From the NCBI GenBank assembly GCA_963744145.1, contig CAVUSO010000001.1:5568001-5632000 (forward strand): a stretch of DNA of 64,000 bases, read 5' to 3'. The translations under genes were made by a program, and so were the position numbers. The DNA is from an uncultured cyanobacterium (GTDB lineage Bacteria > Cyanobacteriota > Cyanobacteriia > Cyanobacteriales > CAWUOF01). This document shows positions 20,305 through 31,450 of this stretch, piece after piece. The notes beneath the pieces were generated by a model. That model was not told where the DNA came from, made no database searches, and saw nothing but the letters and a program-made list of their open reading frames with translations. The number at the start of each line of letters is the position of its first letter. The stretch's first letter is position 1.

Positions 20305-21180
20305 ATGACTAAACCTGTAAAACCAGCAGACATTGGTGGTAAACGTCTGATCAGCCTCGCTCCAGAAAATTGGGTCAAGTGGCTGCTCCAACTCCCAGAA
20401 ATTAAAGTCCAAGAAATAGTGAGTTCAGACTTTCAATGGGTAAGTCGAGAAAACGACATTCTTTTGAAAGTAAGCACCCCAGAAATTGGCAAATTCTTAG
20501 TGCTAAATGAACTGCAATTGCGCTACAATAACAGACTGCCCAGAAGGGTGAGAGCTTATACAGCGTTAGCGGAAGAGAAATATGAGTTACCCGTTTATCC
20601 AGTATTAATCAATATTATCCCTCATGTAGTGAACCCAGAAATCCCCACTTACTATGAATCTAACTTTCAGGGAATCCGGGTTTATCAAGATTATCGGGTA
20701 ATTAATCTGTGGGAAGTGGAAGCGCAGATCGTGTTTGAGCAAAAAATTCGGAGTTTATTGCCGTTTGTGCCGATCTTGAAAGGTGGAAAAGAGGAAAGTG
20801 TCGTCAGGGCAGCATTAAGAGAACTTAGAGCAGATGAAGATTTAAGCGAGTTAGAACCATTGTTCTCGTTTTTTGCATCTTTTGTGCTAGAACTACCATT
20901 AATACAGGAAATTATGAGGTGGGATATGACAGTCTTAATGGAGTCTCCTTGGTATCAGCAAATTTTGCAAGAAGGTGAACAACGAGGTGAACAACGAGGA
21001 CGACTAGAAGGAGAAGTACAGTTAGTATTGCGCCTGTTAAATCGTCGTGTCGGACTCTTAGATGAAACCTTGCAACAGCAAATTACTCGTTTGCCACTAG
21101 AACAATTGGAAGCATTGGGAGAAGCGTTACTAGACTTTTCCCTGGTGGAGGATTTACAGACTTGGTTAGCGCAGCATTGA
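20305..21180 (+). CDS. Rpn-family recombination-promoting nuclease with DUF4351 tail
   Basis: SSDFQWVSRENDIL, LNELQLRY, ESPWYQQILQEGEQRG, LEQLEALGEALLDF. Confidence 0.88.
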   Translation: MTKPVKPADIGGKRLISLAPENWVKWLLQLPEIKVQEIVSSDFQWVSRENDILLKVSTPEIGKFLVLNELQLRYNNRLPRRVRAYTALAEEKYELPVYPVLINIIPHVVNPEIPTYYESNFQGIRVYQDYRVINLWEVEAQIVFEQKIRSLLPFVPILKGGKEESVVRAALRELRADEDLSELEPLFSFFASFVLELPLIQEIMRWDMTVLMESPWYQQILQEGEQRGEQRGRLEGEVQLVLRLLNRRVGLLDETLQQQITRLPLEQLEALGEALLDFSLVEDLQTWLAQH

Positions 21181-21183
21181 AAG

Positions 21184-21240
21184 AGGGCGGGTTTTGAGCA
21201 GTTGTCGATCGGGGTAAACCTCTAGTATAAACCCGCCCCA
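21184..21240. repeat. REP-like inverted repeat
   Basis: GGGCGGGTTT..AAACCCGCCC. Confidence 0.6.
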
Positions 21241-21356
21241 CCAATCACACCGCTGTACTTCACCAATCTGGAATATGCTGTAATAGTAATAATAAGACAT
21301 TAGCAGCATTAGATTAATCAAAATTTTAGTCAACAAAACGCAGCTATGGATTAATT

Positions 21357-22001
21357 ATGACTGCAATCCAAACACCACTAATAACGGATACCTGGGTAAC
21401 AACTACTTGGGCAGAATATATCGAAATCATTGAAAAATTAGACTCTGAAAAAGGTAAATATTACTATTACAATGGACAAGCAAGGATAGAAATGTTACCA
21501 TTTGGTCCAGATCATGCTGATGATCATGGTATTATGATTATCTTAATCAATTTATTTGGTATGATTAAGAATATTCCGATGCGACTGTTAGTTAATTGTA
21601 GTTACCGTAAAACAGGAGTTAGGGAAGCACAACCAGATATATCTTACTATCTGAGAAAACGTACACAACTATCACCTCACGGTAGTTCGGTAGTCAATTT
21701 AGCTCTAACACCACCTCCTGATTTAGTGATTGAAATTGCTGATACTTCTTTCCTGGATGATTTGGGTCTAAAACGGATGCTGTACGAAGAGCTAGGGGTA
21801 TCTGAATATTGGATAGTAAATATAAAAAAACTTCAAATCATCGCTTTTAAAATTATTGCAGATCGAGGCAGTGAAAGGATTAGTGAGTCGGAAATTATCC
21901 CGGGATTAGCAATTGCTCTTTTAGAAGAAGGATTACAACGTAGTCGTCAAATGGATAATACAGAAGTAGGTAACTGGTTTTTTCAGAAAGTTAGCAATTG
22001 A
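21357..22001 (+). CDS. Uma2-family endonuclease
   Basis: QPDISYY, PPDLVIEIADTS, LYEELGVSEYWIVN. Confidence 0.9.
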   Translation: MTAIQTPLITDTWVTTTWAEYIEIIEKLDSEKGKYYYYNGQARIEMLPFGPDHADDHGIMIILINLFGMIKNIPMRLLVNCSYRKTGVREAQPDISYYLRKRTQLSPHGSSVVNLALTPPPDLVIEIADTSFLDDLGLKRMLYEELGVSEYWIVNIKKLQIIAFKIIADRGSERISESEIIPGLAIALLEEGLQRSRQMDNTEVGNWFFQKVSN

Positions 22002-22137
22002 AAACCTTGGCAATCTCTGGGGTGTTGTTTAACCATACCAAAAATCATTAATATCGGTTAATTTTCTAAACTTTCATCAGCATATTCCAAAACCTGTATA
22101 TTAGTGGAACTATCAATTTAACTGCAACAGTTGGGAA

Positions 22138-23375
22138 ATGACTCATACTGACAATCAAGATCCAAAAACAGCAGACCAGTTGGACTCTAAGGATTTTTCC
22201 TGACCTTATGGTCGCTTTTACCACTTTATCCCTATAGTAAACGACGGACAATCCGCGAAGAAATAGTTCCTGGTGCGGTTTGGACATTTGACCAAATTCA
22301 GGGTATTTTCTATGTAGTTGTGCCAATTCGCATGACGATCGCTAAACTTGAACCAGGGGGTTTACTGGTTTATGCACCTGTGGCACCGACTCCTGAATGT
22401 ATTAGACTGGTCAAAGAGTTAATTGCAGAACATGGTGATATTAAATATATAATTTTGCCAACCCTCTCTGGGTTAGAACATAAAATTTTTGTTGGTCCTT
22501 TTGCCCGATGTTTTCCCCAAGCACAGGTATTTGTCGCTCCCAATCAATGGAGTTTTCCCCTCAATTTACCTTTAAGCTGGCTCGGATTTCCCCCCAAACG
22601 CACAAAAATACTTCCCCTCGATAGTAGTCAAGCTCCTTTTGCTGAACAATTTAGCTATGCGATCTTAGGACCAATTGATCTGGGTACAGGACGATTTGGG
22701 GAAGTTGCTTTGTTTGACAAGCGATCGCGTACCTTATTAGTCACAGATTTAGTCATTTCTATTCCCCAAGTGCCCCCGGAAATCGTCCAGCTTGATCCCT
22801 ATCCCTTATTATTTCATGCCAAAAACCATGCTTGTGATCCAATTGAAGACAATTATTCTAATCGTTGTCAAGGGTGGATGCGGATCTGTCTATTTGCCAT
22901 GTATTTCACCCCAAGTGTTTTGGATGTAATTCCTTGGGGTCTAACCTTTCGTAATGCTTTTCAAGCCGCAGATCGTTCTCTCAAAGGCTATTTTGGTTTA
23001 TTTCCCTTCCAATGGCAAGATCATTGGCAACAGTCATTTTATGCTTTACGAGGAAATGGTCGTCTTTTTGTTGCTCCCATTCTGCAAACTTTGATTTTGA
23101 ATCGGGCACCAAGAGAAACAATTGACTGGAGTTATCAAGTAGCAAGTTGGAACTTTGAGCGCATTGTTCCCTGTCACTTTGATGCACCGATTCCAAGCGA
23201 ACCACAACAATTCAGACAAGCATTTGCTTTTCTCCAAAAGCAACCGATTGTCAGTGCTGGTTTATTGAATAGTAATACTTATCCTCTCCTAGAAAATGAC
23301 TTTAAACTCCTTAAAGAAATAGACGAAAACCTGGTTAAGAGTGGCTTAGTGCCACCCTCAAAAGACAGAATTTAA
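22138..23375 (+). pseudogene. DUF4336 (metallo-beta-lactamase-like) protein with a 1-nt frameshift at ~22202
   Basis: ATG 22138 reads ..KDFS then TGA; the shifted frame continues LWSLLPLYPYSKRRTIREEIV..FDQIQGIFYVVVPIRM into the track ORF; TCC TG(G) ACC would restore S-W-T. Confidence 0.75.
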
Positions 23376-23390
23376 ACCAAATGCAATCAG

Positions 23391-23882
23391 CTAACGATAA
23401 TTAGTAAATTGTAAAGCTACCGGCCAATCTTCTTGTTTGAGACGTTGCATTGCTAATTGTAAATCATCTTTCGATTTACTAGAAATTCTCACCGCATCTC
23501 CTTGAATTGAAGCTTGGACTTTTTTAATCTCATCCCGCATCAATTTCGTAATCTGTTTGGCAATTTCCTGACTAATTCCTTTTCTCAGCTTAATCTCTTG
23601 ACGGAGCCGATTGCCGCTAGCTGATTCTACCTTACCATAATCAAATATTTTTAAAGATAGATTACGCTTGACGGCTTTAGTCTGAAGGATACTATGAACA
23701 GCCTCTAAAGTCATCTCACTGCTAGTATTAATGACGATCGCCTCCTCACCTAATTCCAGCGTAGTTTTAGTATCCTTCAAATCATAACGAGTTTGAATTT
23801 CTCGCACTGCTTGGTCTACAGTATTGACCAATTCTTGACGATCAAAGTCGCTTACCACATCAAATGAGTAATTTTCCGCCAT
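23391..23882 (-). CDS. yajQ: YajQ-family nucleotide-binding protein
   Basis: [39 protein letters not shown]. Confidence 0.95.
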   Translation of the reverse strand: MAENYSFDVVSDFDRQELVNTVDQAVREIQTRYDLKDTKTTLELGEEAIVINTSSEMTLEAVHSILQTKAVKRNLSLKIFDYGKVESASGNRLRQEIKLRKGISQEIAKQITKLMRDEIKKVQASIQGDAVRISSKSKDDLQLAMQRLKQEDWPVALQFTNYR

Positions 23883-23947
23883 AATGTCAATTATTAGTAG
23901 ATTAATTGGTCATTGGCCTTTAATTGCCTAATGACCAGTTAGCGTTG

Positions 23948-24451
23948 CTAATCAAAATAAAACAAAGTAATCACTCGACGTTGTTCTTCAGCTTCAGAGC
24001 AAGTCTGGAGCAGAGTATGACTGTCGTGAAAAGCAAAACAAATCAATTGCTGACAACGCGAGACAATTTCCTGATTGCACAAAGCACTAGCTTCACCTAA
24101 AGAAAGATGGTCATTGCCGGGGTTTTCCACCAAATGGATCACATGTTCTAATTGCGCTTGGGATTCACGGGGCTGACGCGCTAAACTTTGGGGCAAAATT
24201 ACTGTCAGCAAATTAATATCTGCTCGTAATGCACCGCGAATTGCGGCTGAGTTAGTGCCTGTTGCCCCAGAAGTAATCAGTCGATTGCCAGATAAAACTA
24301 GAGCATAACTCATCATTTCAATTAGATGCTGATGAGTGAGGGGAACATGACGAGAACCCAGGATGGCGATCCGTTTGGCACCAGTTTGCTGGATCGTGGC
24401 TAATTCCTGCGCCAGTTCATCTATTTTGGGTAAGTCTATTGATTGACTCAA
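23948..24451 (-). CDS. DprA/SLOG-like Rossmann-fold protein
   Basis: IAILGSRH, LITSGATGTN, QLICFAFHDS. Confidence 0.8.
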   Translation of the reverse strand: MSQSIDLPKIDELAQELATIQQTGAKRIAILGSRHVPLTHQHLIEMMSYALVLSGNRLITSGATGTNSAAIRGALRADINLLTVILPQSLARQPRESQAQLEHVIHLVENPGNDHLSLGEASALCNQEIVSRCQQLICFAFHDSHTLLQTCSEAEEQRRVITLFYFD

Positions 24452-24744
24452 AATTACTAAAATTTACCAACTATGAATGGATTTTTGATCCCCTGAAGTA
24501 GGGATATATTGCCGGTCTATGGGCAAACAGAAGACCAGCAAAATCTGTTTCTCGTTTATTCGCCAATTTTTTTTGGGTAGAATATCAGAGTTTTGTTTTC
24601 ACTTCAAGAATAATGCCAGTCTCTTTTCTTTGGTTAAGGGTAAGGGACAGACATAATTCCGGGTTAACCACCGCCTAATTATAGCAGATCAACTAGCGTT
24701 GATCATGCTAAATGAACGAGCTAATGGGAGTTTTTGGGGTACGA

Positions 24745-25833
24745 TTAGATGGTCACGGCTGTGGCCAATCCTAGTTTAGCAATCAATCGATCAATCTGAA
24801 AATTTTCTGCCATCAACTGACGCATACATTCTACTTTGACAGGTTCAGCTAAACGGACGTGACCAAAGGAATTTTCAATGATTTTTACCGTAGTCAGCGT
24901 ATCAAGATCAACGGACAAAATCGGAATTTCTAAGTCTTCAGCACGGCTGAGAATGAGATCAGAAGGGGTGACTTGGCCGGTTAAAATTAGGCATTGAGTC
25001 GAAGTTTCCAAAGCAGTTAGCTGAATATCCGTGCGATCGCCCCCAGTTACCACTGCCATATTAGTGCCTTTGCGGAAATATTTCAGCGCTGAGTTGACAT
25101 TCATTGCCCCAATTTTTAGGCTTTCCACCATTAAATCTAGCCGATCGGCTCGACAAAGGATATCTGCCCCTAATTGACGAACTAATTCACCAACGCTAAC
25201 CGCTCTGAGCAAATTACTTCGAGGTAACATTCCGAGTACAGATATACCCTTTGCTTCCAGAAATGGCTGAACTGTGCCATAAACAGTTTCCATGTGTTGA
25301 GCGGAGATATCATTGAGACAAACACCGATTAATCTTGATCCCAACCGCTCTTGAGCTGTCAGAATTGCATCCACTGAGTAGACAGATTGAAATCGGGCTA
25401 ACAAAAGCACAGAAGCATCAAGTACCGCTGCAATTTGTGGTAAGGACAAACCAAACAAACTACCTTCGTCCAGTGTTCCTGGTCCTTCCAAGATCACTAA
25501 ATTGCCGTTGGAGATGTCCAGATATTGGGCTAAAGCAACCTGATAATCATGATGATCTTCACCAGCCAAGCGCTTAGTTAAGGTTGCCTCATCGAGCGAC
25601 AAAATCGGCGATCGCAGTCGATTTTCCGGTAAGTGCAGATACTGTGCTATGAATTCCACATCAGCATCGGTACCCGAGGGAGATGATTCGCTCGGACAAG
25701 TACCCAAAGGTTTACCGTAGAGAAGATCCAGCCCTTTTTCCTGGAGCTGATTGGCCATGCCCAAGATGGTTGCTGATTTGCCACTGTAAGCCTCCGTTGA
25801 CCCAATCAGCAGATACTTAGCGGATTTTGGCAC
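24745..25833 (-). CDS. Phosphotransacetylase-family (BioD-like + DRTGG) protein
   Basis: STEAYSGKS, VVTGGDRTDIQL, LILTG. Confidence 0.88.
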   Translation of the reverse strand: MPKSAKYLLIGSTEAYSGKSATILGMANQLQEKGLDLLYGKPLGTCPSESSPSGTDADVEFIAQYLHLPENRLRSPILSLDEATLTKRLAGEDHHDYQVALAQYLDISNGNLVILEGPGTLDEGSLFGLSLPQIAAVLDASVLLLARFQSVYSVDAILTAQERLGSRLIGVCLNDISAQHMETVYGTVQPFLEAKGISVLGMLPRSNLLRAVSVGELVRQLGADILCRADRLDLMVESLKIGAMNVNSALKYFRKGTNMAVVTGGDRTDIQLTALETSTQCLILTGQVTPSDLILSRAEDLEIPILSVDLDTLTTVKIIENSFGHVRLAEPVKVECMRQLMAENFQIDRLIAKLGLATAVTI

Positions 25834-25887
25834 TAGCTCACTCCTATCTATAGATTAGTTGGTTGCAAAAAATTGCTTTTCCTCATT

Positions 25888-26262
25888 TTAGTCATCTATC
25901 CGTAGTAATTTCCGGTAAAATGTCTGAGGAAAATCTACTTGACGCGATCGCTTGTAATTCATCAGCAACTCAATTAAAAAACTCACAAACTCATGATTTG
26001 CCATCATCAGTTCATAACTGAGTTCAGCATTACCGTCAAATTGCACCCGACAGCGCGTCATATCTGCTGGTAGCATGGAAACATTCCAACTGGCCACAAA
26101 CGGAATGCTTTCTCCCGCTTCAATATGCCGCTGACCTTCTAAATTTTTCTGTTTATATAGACTAATCGCATGAGGTAACAAGGTCTTTTTATTGTCTTTA
26201 TAGTAGGGCAGATAAACCCCTACTTCCCTTTGGTCAGCTGGTTTAAGTTGTTCAAATGACAT
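25888..26262 (-). CDS. ebsA: Type IV pilus/secretion factor EbsA
   Basis: LPADMTRCRVQFDGNAELSYE..FYRKLLRIDD; conserved position next to the DRTGG gene. Confidence 0.85.
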   Translation of the reverse strand: MSFEQLKPADQREVGVYLPYYKDNKKTLLPHAISLYKQKNLEGQRHIEAGESIPFVASWNVSMLPADMTRCRVQFDGNAELSYELMMANHEFVSFLIELLMNYKRSRQVDFPQTFYRKLLRIDD

Positions 26263-26557
26263 ACTGGCAACTCAAAAAGTTAGTGCGGGCAAAAGAATTA
26301 ATCATTTAGCCTTTGTAGCGATCGGGCGATGTTTAGCGGCGAACACTACAGATTTATTTCTTATGATATGACAATCTTAGATACAATAAGGCTGCATTGG
26401 CTTTGATTGTAGCTGGATAATCCACCAAAATCGACCCTGGCTAGCCCAATCTATCAGAGAAATGCTCTCTCAGTGTGCAGGCTAGACAGTTAGGTGTTGA
26501 CTAATCCCCAGCTTTTTGAAATCTTTAGATAAATTTGGTGGTTGAATTAAATAACCT

Positions 26558-27961
26558 ATGCCGGTGAATTCCTGGCCTGAAAACGATTCTTATCGGGAGT
26601 TTGAGCCTCTTAGCTCCCTTTTCTCTGACTTATCTGAGTCAGATGATGTTCCTGCTGTTACCTATCCAGGTTACGCAGGACGTTGCTCCAAAGCCGCGTT
26701 GGTTTTAATGATTGTTTGGAGTATTACCATTGCCCTGCATTTATACTCTTGGGGCACCTGGTTAGTGTTGGGATTGACTACCATGCTGGGTATTCATGTC
26801 CTCCTTGTGCTTTTGGCTAAACCGCTCCCAACTCCTCCTGTGTCCTCACCATTGACCGAAAATTGCCCCTATATTTCTCTGCTGGTAGCAGCTAAAAATG
26901 AAGAAGCTGTGATTGGTCGTTTGGTGAAGACTCTCGCGTCATTAGATTATCCCATTGATCAATATGAATTATGGGTAATTGATGACAATAGCACCGATCG
27001 CACACCGATTTTGTTAGAAGCATTACAGCAGGAATACTCTAATTTAAAAGTGTTCCGACGTGGTGCTGGTGCTAGAGGTGGCAAATCGGGCGCTCTCAAT
27101 CAAGTTTTGCCCTTAACTAAGGGGGAAATTGTCGCAGTATTTGATGCTGATGCCCAAGTGACACCGGATCTGCTCCAACAGGTATTACCCCTATTTGCTG
27201 CTCCTCAAGTGGGTGCTGTCCAAGTCCGCAAAGCGATCGCTAATGCAGAAGTTAATTTCTGGACTCGCTCTCAATCCGCAGAAATGGCTCTGGATGCTTT
27301 TCTGCAACAGCGTCGCATTGCGATTAAGGGTATTGGTGAATTACGTGGTAATGGTCAGTTTGTGCGTCGTACAGCTTTGGAACGTTGTGGTGGTTGGAAT
27401 GAAGCTACCATTACTGATGACCTAGATTTAACTCTACGTCTCCATCTCGATCGTTGGGATATTCAGGTACTTGCTTCTCCTCCTGTGGAAGAAGAAGGAG
27501 TAACTGGAGCCATCTCCCTTTGGCACCAACGCAATCGCTGGGGTGAAGGTGGTTATCAACGCTATCTCGATTATTGGCGGTTAATATTTAGTAATCGTCT
27601 GGGTACTCGGAAAACTCTAGATCTCTGGGCGTTTATTCTGATTCAGTATATTCTGCCTACAGCCATGATCCCAGATTTCTTGATGGCGATCGCCCTCCGT
27701 CGTTTCCCGATCCTAGTTCCTCTAGGTAGTCTCAGTTTCTCGATTAGTCTGATTGGGATGTTTATTGGTCTTAGTCAGATCCGGAAAAAAACTAAATCTT
27801 TAGGATTAACTGATCGATTTGACATTCTGATCCAAACTCTGCGCGGTTCTTTTTATATGCTCCATTGGTTCCTGGTCATCTCCAGTACCACTGCCCGAAT
27901 GTCCATTCGCTCTAAACGTTTGAAATGGATAAAAACTGTTCATAAAGGAACTTTTGACTAA
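26558..27961 (+). CDS. mgdA: GT2 glycosyltransferase, monoglucosyldiacylglycerol synthase
   Basis: MPVNSWPENDS N-terminus, DDNSTD, GKSGALN, FDADA, TDDLDL, QRNRW. Confidence 0.85.
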   Translation: MPVNSWPENDSYREFEPLSSLFSDLSESDDVPAVTYPGYAGRCSKAALVLMIVWSITIALHLYSWGTWLVLGLTTMLGIHVLLVLLAKPLPTPPVSSPLTENCPYISLLVAAKNEEAVIGRLVKTLASLDYPIDQYELWVIDDNSTDRTPILLEALQQEYSNLKVFRRGAGARGGKSGALNQVLPLTKGEIVAVFDADAQVTPDLLQQVLPLFAAPQVGAVQVRKAIANAEVNFWTRSQSAEMALDAFLQQRRIAIKGIGELRGNGQFVRRTALERCGGWNEATITDDLDLTLRLHLDRWDIQVLASPPVEEEGVTGAISLWHQRNRWGEGGYQRYLDYWRLIFSNRLGTRKTLDLWAFILIQYILPTAMIPDFLMAIALRRFPILVPLGSLSFSISLIGMFIGLSQIRKKTKSLGLTDRFDILIQTLRGSFYMLHWFLVISSTTARMSIRSKRLKWIKTVHKGTFD

Positions 27962-27984
27962 TGATTTTTTGACCTAAATCCCTT

Positions 27985-29982
27985 TTAAAAAGGCATATCC
28001 TCCCAATCAGATTCATTTTCCTCATTTTCAGGCTCAATATTTAACTCAGATGGTGGTGTCTGAATGTCTTTGCTGTTAGAACTGTGAGCAGAGCGATCGT
28101 GATCGCACCAATCAGCCGCAACCTGATAAAGCCACTCTAATTCTTTGGTCTGGGTTAAAACTTCCCCGTCAAAAAAATTGGCAAGTTTTTGGCTGGCGAT
28201 CGCTATTTCTTTTCTCTCAGTTTCTTCATTGAATAAATTAACTGTTGGCTCACTAATTATTTGAGATGGATTATTAATTACTGATGATTGTTTGCTGCCA
28301 TTTGCTAAAGCTTTTGGTTCGGTTTGAATTACTAAATTTTCTCCCTTTAAATTGGGTTCAGGTTCTTTTTTTTGGAGATTGTTTGGCTCATTTTCCCGTT
28401 CAGAATTTTCCGAAAAAATTGTGGCATCTTTATTAGTCTCGACCTGATTTTTACTAATATTCTGACGTTCCGTTCCTGTGCTAATCACTTGCAGATTAAC
28501 TTTGATTTCACCTTGACAAACTTCTAAAAAAGCTGCGTTGATACTTGACAATCCTTTCTGCACCATTAATAATAAAGGTTGGGAACGGATACCAATCGAA
28601 GCTACCCCATTCCGAAAATCTAACAATTGTCCATGTTGACGTAGTAAAGCTTGAGTAGAACCTTGATGAATTAAACTAATTACTTGTTGCCAAAGTTGTT
28701 CATTGTCAAGCGATCGCTCTGGTTTAACAGCAGCAGAATGTTCGGGATTATTAGTAGGAACTGGTGGTGATTCAGTTGGTTGATGAGTAGTTTGTGATTT
28801 TACTACTCCATGAGTCGATGATTGAGGGATAGATGGTTCCTGGGGAATCAAATTTGGACGAGCTGAAGAATTTCGTTGGTGCTGAATTTGCAGTGCTGAA
28901 GGTAATAATTCTAATAAAGTTACTTCTAACCACAATCGGGGTTGGGTAGTATTTTTAATTTGGGTTTCGCTATTTTTTAGATGTTTTTGACTGGCTAAAA
29001 TTGTGGTCATCTCCCAACTAAGAGCTACTTGACATAATTGTTCCCAAGTTGGTGGTGTAAGCATCACTAAGTCACTGCGACTAGGGGCTGTTTTGGCAAT
29101 CAATAAATCTCGATAAAAACTAACTAAGTTGTGGAAAACTATTAATGGTTCTCTCCCTCGGTCTAGCAAATATCTAGTTTGTTGTAAAACTGTTTCAGGT
29201 TGATCAGATGCGATCGCTAGTAATAAGCTCATCAAATCTTTTTCAGGAACTGCACCGACTAAATCCCAGATTTTTTCGACGGTTACTTCTCCGGTAATTA
29301 AACTCACTTGATCTAGTAAACTTTCTGCATCCCTAAGTCCTCCTTGAGCAGTTTGAGCAATACTTAATACCGCTGTATCTGTAATATTGATATGTTCCTG
29401 AGTCGCAATATGTCGCAAATGTTTTACCATTGCTTCGATCGGAATCCGACGAAAGGGAAATGATTGACAACGGGAAATAATTGTGGGTAAGACTCTTTGG
29501 GGATCGGTGGTTGCTAAGACAAATATTACTCGATCGGGTGGTTCTTCTAGGGTTTTTAATAAAGAATTAAATGCTGCGGTACTCAGCATATGACATTCAT
29601 CAATAATATAAACTTTATAACGACACTGAACTGGGGCAAATTGAGCGCGTTCAATTAATTCTCTAATATGATCGACACCGGTATTACTAGCTGCATCAAT
29701 TTCTACTACATCTAAGGATTTACCCTGGGTAATATCAGTACATACCGCACATTGACCACAGGGTTTTTCTGTAGGGACTTTACTATTGAGACAGTTGAGA
29801 GATTTAGCCAAAATTCGGGCACTAGAGGTTTTTCCAGTTCCTCTTGGTCCGGTAAATAGATAAGCTGGGGCAATTTTATTTTGTTGGATCGCATAAGTAA
29901 GAGTAGTCGCGATCGCATCTTGACCCACTAAATCAGCAAAGGTTTGGGGGCGATATTTGTGATGTAGAGGTTCGTAGGCCAC
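27985..29982 (-). CDS. dnaX: DNA polymerase III subunit gamma/tau
   Basis: LHHKYRPQTF, GPRGTGKTS, EIDAASN, DECHML, TLEEPP, SRCQ, GGLRDAESLLDQ. Confidence 0.97.
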   Translation of the reverse strand: MAYEPLHHKYRPQTFADLVGQDAIATTLTYAIQQNKIAPAYLFTGPRGTGKTSSARILAKSLNCLNSKVPTEKPCGQCAVCTDITQGKSLDVVEIDAASNTGVDHIRELIERAQFAPVQCRYKVYIIDECHMLSTAAFNSLLKTLEEPPDRVIFVLATTDPQRVLPTIISRCQSFPFRRIPIEAMVKHLRHIATQEHINITDTAVLSIAQTAQGGLRDAESLLDQVSLITGEVTVEKIWDLVGAVPEKDLMSLLLAIASDQPETVLQQTRYLLDRGREPLIVFHNLVSFYRDLLIAKTAPSRSDLVMLTPPTWEQLCQVALSWEMTTILASQKHLKNSETQIKNTTQPRLWLEVTLLELLPSALQIQHQRNSSARPNLIPQEPSIPQSSTHGVVKSQTTHQPTESPPVPTNNPEHSAAVKPERSLDNEQLWQQVISLIHQGSTQALLRQHGQLLDFRNGVASIGIRSQPLLLMVQKGLSSINAAFLEVCQGEIKVNLQVISTGTERQNISKNQVETNKDATIFSENSERENEPNNLQKKEPEPNLKGENLVIQTEPKALANGSKQSSVINNPSQIISEPTVNLFNEETERKEIAIASQKLANFFDGEVLTQTKELEWLYQVAADWCDHDRSAHSSNSKDIQTPPSELNIEPENEENESDWEDMPF

Positions 29983-30077
29983 AATTGTAACAGGATAGTT
30001 CGTTTTTTAGCTATCTTCTAATGTAACTGCTACTTCTCCACCACTGCCATGCTTGATTTAAGTTTTTTCGATCAAAT

Positions 30078-30104
30078 AAAAAAGCCTGTTAATCCAGGCT
30101 TTTT
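30078..30104 (-). terminator. Intrinsic terminator
   Basis: AAAAAAGCCTG-TTAATC-CAGGCTTTTT downstream of ORF 30132-30503. Confidence 0.75.
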
Positions 30105-30131
30105 CAGATTAGATATTTTGCTGTTCCAGTT

Positions 30132-30503
30132 TTATTTTCCAGTGGGAATAGGGTCAGTAGGAGTGGACGGTGCGATCGTGCCATTAGTTGGAACAGCCTG
30201 AGTTGGTGAGTTTAGGCGTTGTAATTGCGCCTGTCGGAACTTATCTGCAGCACTAGTAACGTTGTTATTTAGTCCCTCATTGAACACATATCCAGGACGA
30301 CCAATTAGCTGGGCTCGATGAAGGATATCGAATCCTTGCAAAAAGCCATTACTACTAGAGTCTCTTTCATTAGTAGAAAGATTTGGTTGAGCTTGAGGAT
30401 CACCGTAAACGTCTTGAGCAAAACTAGATTGAGTCAGCACCAAGGGGGTGACTCCAAAAACAGTAATTGCGGTGAGAAGAGAGAATTTGATTTTCATAGT
30501 CAC
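30132..30503 (-). CDS. Secreted hypothetical protein
   Basis: Signal peptide ending SFA; FDILHRAQL motif. Confidence 0.7.
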   Translation of the reverse strand: MTMKIKFSLLTAITVFGVTPLVLTQSSFAQDVYGDPQAQPNLSTNERDSSSNGFLQGFDILHRAQLIGRPGYVFNEGLNNNVTSAADKFRQAQLQRLNSPTQAVPTNGTIAPSTPTDPIPTGK

Positions 30504-30536
30504 AGAATCAATCTATGTTAAAGACTATTTTACTAC

Positions 30537-31409
30537 TTAAGCTAAAGTCCGGCGCAGTAAAGGTTGAATGACCAAGAGTGCCACTAGGTCAAAACCGAGC
30601 AATACGAACAAAGCACCAGCAAAACTAACTGAACCCCAAGGTGCTTGCATTACGATGCTACTGAAAGACCAATCGCTGTGCAGATACAAATAGCGAATTG
30701 GCTCAATCGCATAGCTCAAAGGATTAAGTGTGACCACAATTTGTAACCAATTGGGCATAAAAGCTAGTGGTGCTAAAGCTGTACTGGCAAATAGAAGGGG
30801 TAAGTTGGTAACAAAAATGACCGCAATTAATTCAATATGACCAGGAAGTGCAAACGCTAACCCTAAACTCAGCGCAGTCACACCCAAGACTAACAGGATA
30901 ATAATTAGTGCGATCGTCAGTAATCCGGTAATTCCAGGTAATCCAGTCCCTAAAAAAGTACCACCAATAATAATAGTTGCGGTTTGAATCGAACTTAAGG
31001 TAATAATAAAGATGGCGGAAGCTAGGACAATGGAAAACCGAGAAGCTAGGGGTGCTACTAGCAATCGATTCAGAAAGCCAAATTCTCGGTCAAACATTAC
31101 GGGTAACCCAGCATTTAAAGCCCCCGCAAAAGCAGTAAACACGATCACTCCTGCGGCTAAGAATAATTCGTAATTATTACTTTCGCCAAATAAACCCTTT
31201 GGTGCATTCTCAAATAGTGCCCCAAATAAAATTAGCCACATCAGGGGTTGAATAATTCCTGCAATCAGGGTCGATGGTCGTCGTTGGAGTTGGATGAACA
31301 GACGTTTGGTTAAAGCGAGAGTCTCTTGGACCAATTCCCCGATCTGATTGGTGTTAGCTGCTGGCGGCAAAGTAAGATCTAGTTGAGGAGGAGTTACAGT
31401 AGTAGTCAT
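30537..31409 (-). CDS. ABC-2 type exporter permease
   Basis: MFDREFGFLNRLLVAP, NPLSYAIEPIR. Confidence 0.92.
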   Translation of the reverse strand: MTTTVTPPQLDLTLPPAANTNQIGELVQETLALTKRLFIQLQRRPSTLIAGIIQPLMWLILFGALFENAPKGLFGESNNYELFLAAGVIVFTAFAGALNAGLPVMFDREFGFLNRLLVAPLASRFSIVLASAIFIITLSSIQTATIIIGGTFLGTGLPGITGLLTIALIIILLVLGVTALSLGLAFALPGHIELIAVIFVTNLPLLFASTALAPLAFMPNWLQIVVTLNPLSYAIEPIRYLYLHSDWSFSSIVMQAPWGSVSFAGALFVLLGFDLVALLVIQPLLRRTLA

Positions 31410-31450
31410 CTTTTGATTTCATCCTTGGTGTGAAAAAAATATCTAATAGT

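Noticed and set aside
27985..29982. Intein in dnaX
   Set aside because: DECHMLST is contiguous; the extra length is a low-complexity linker
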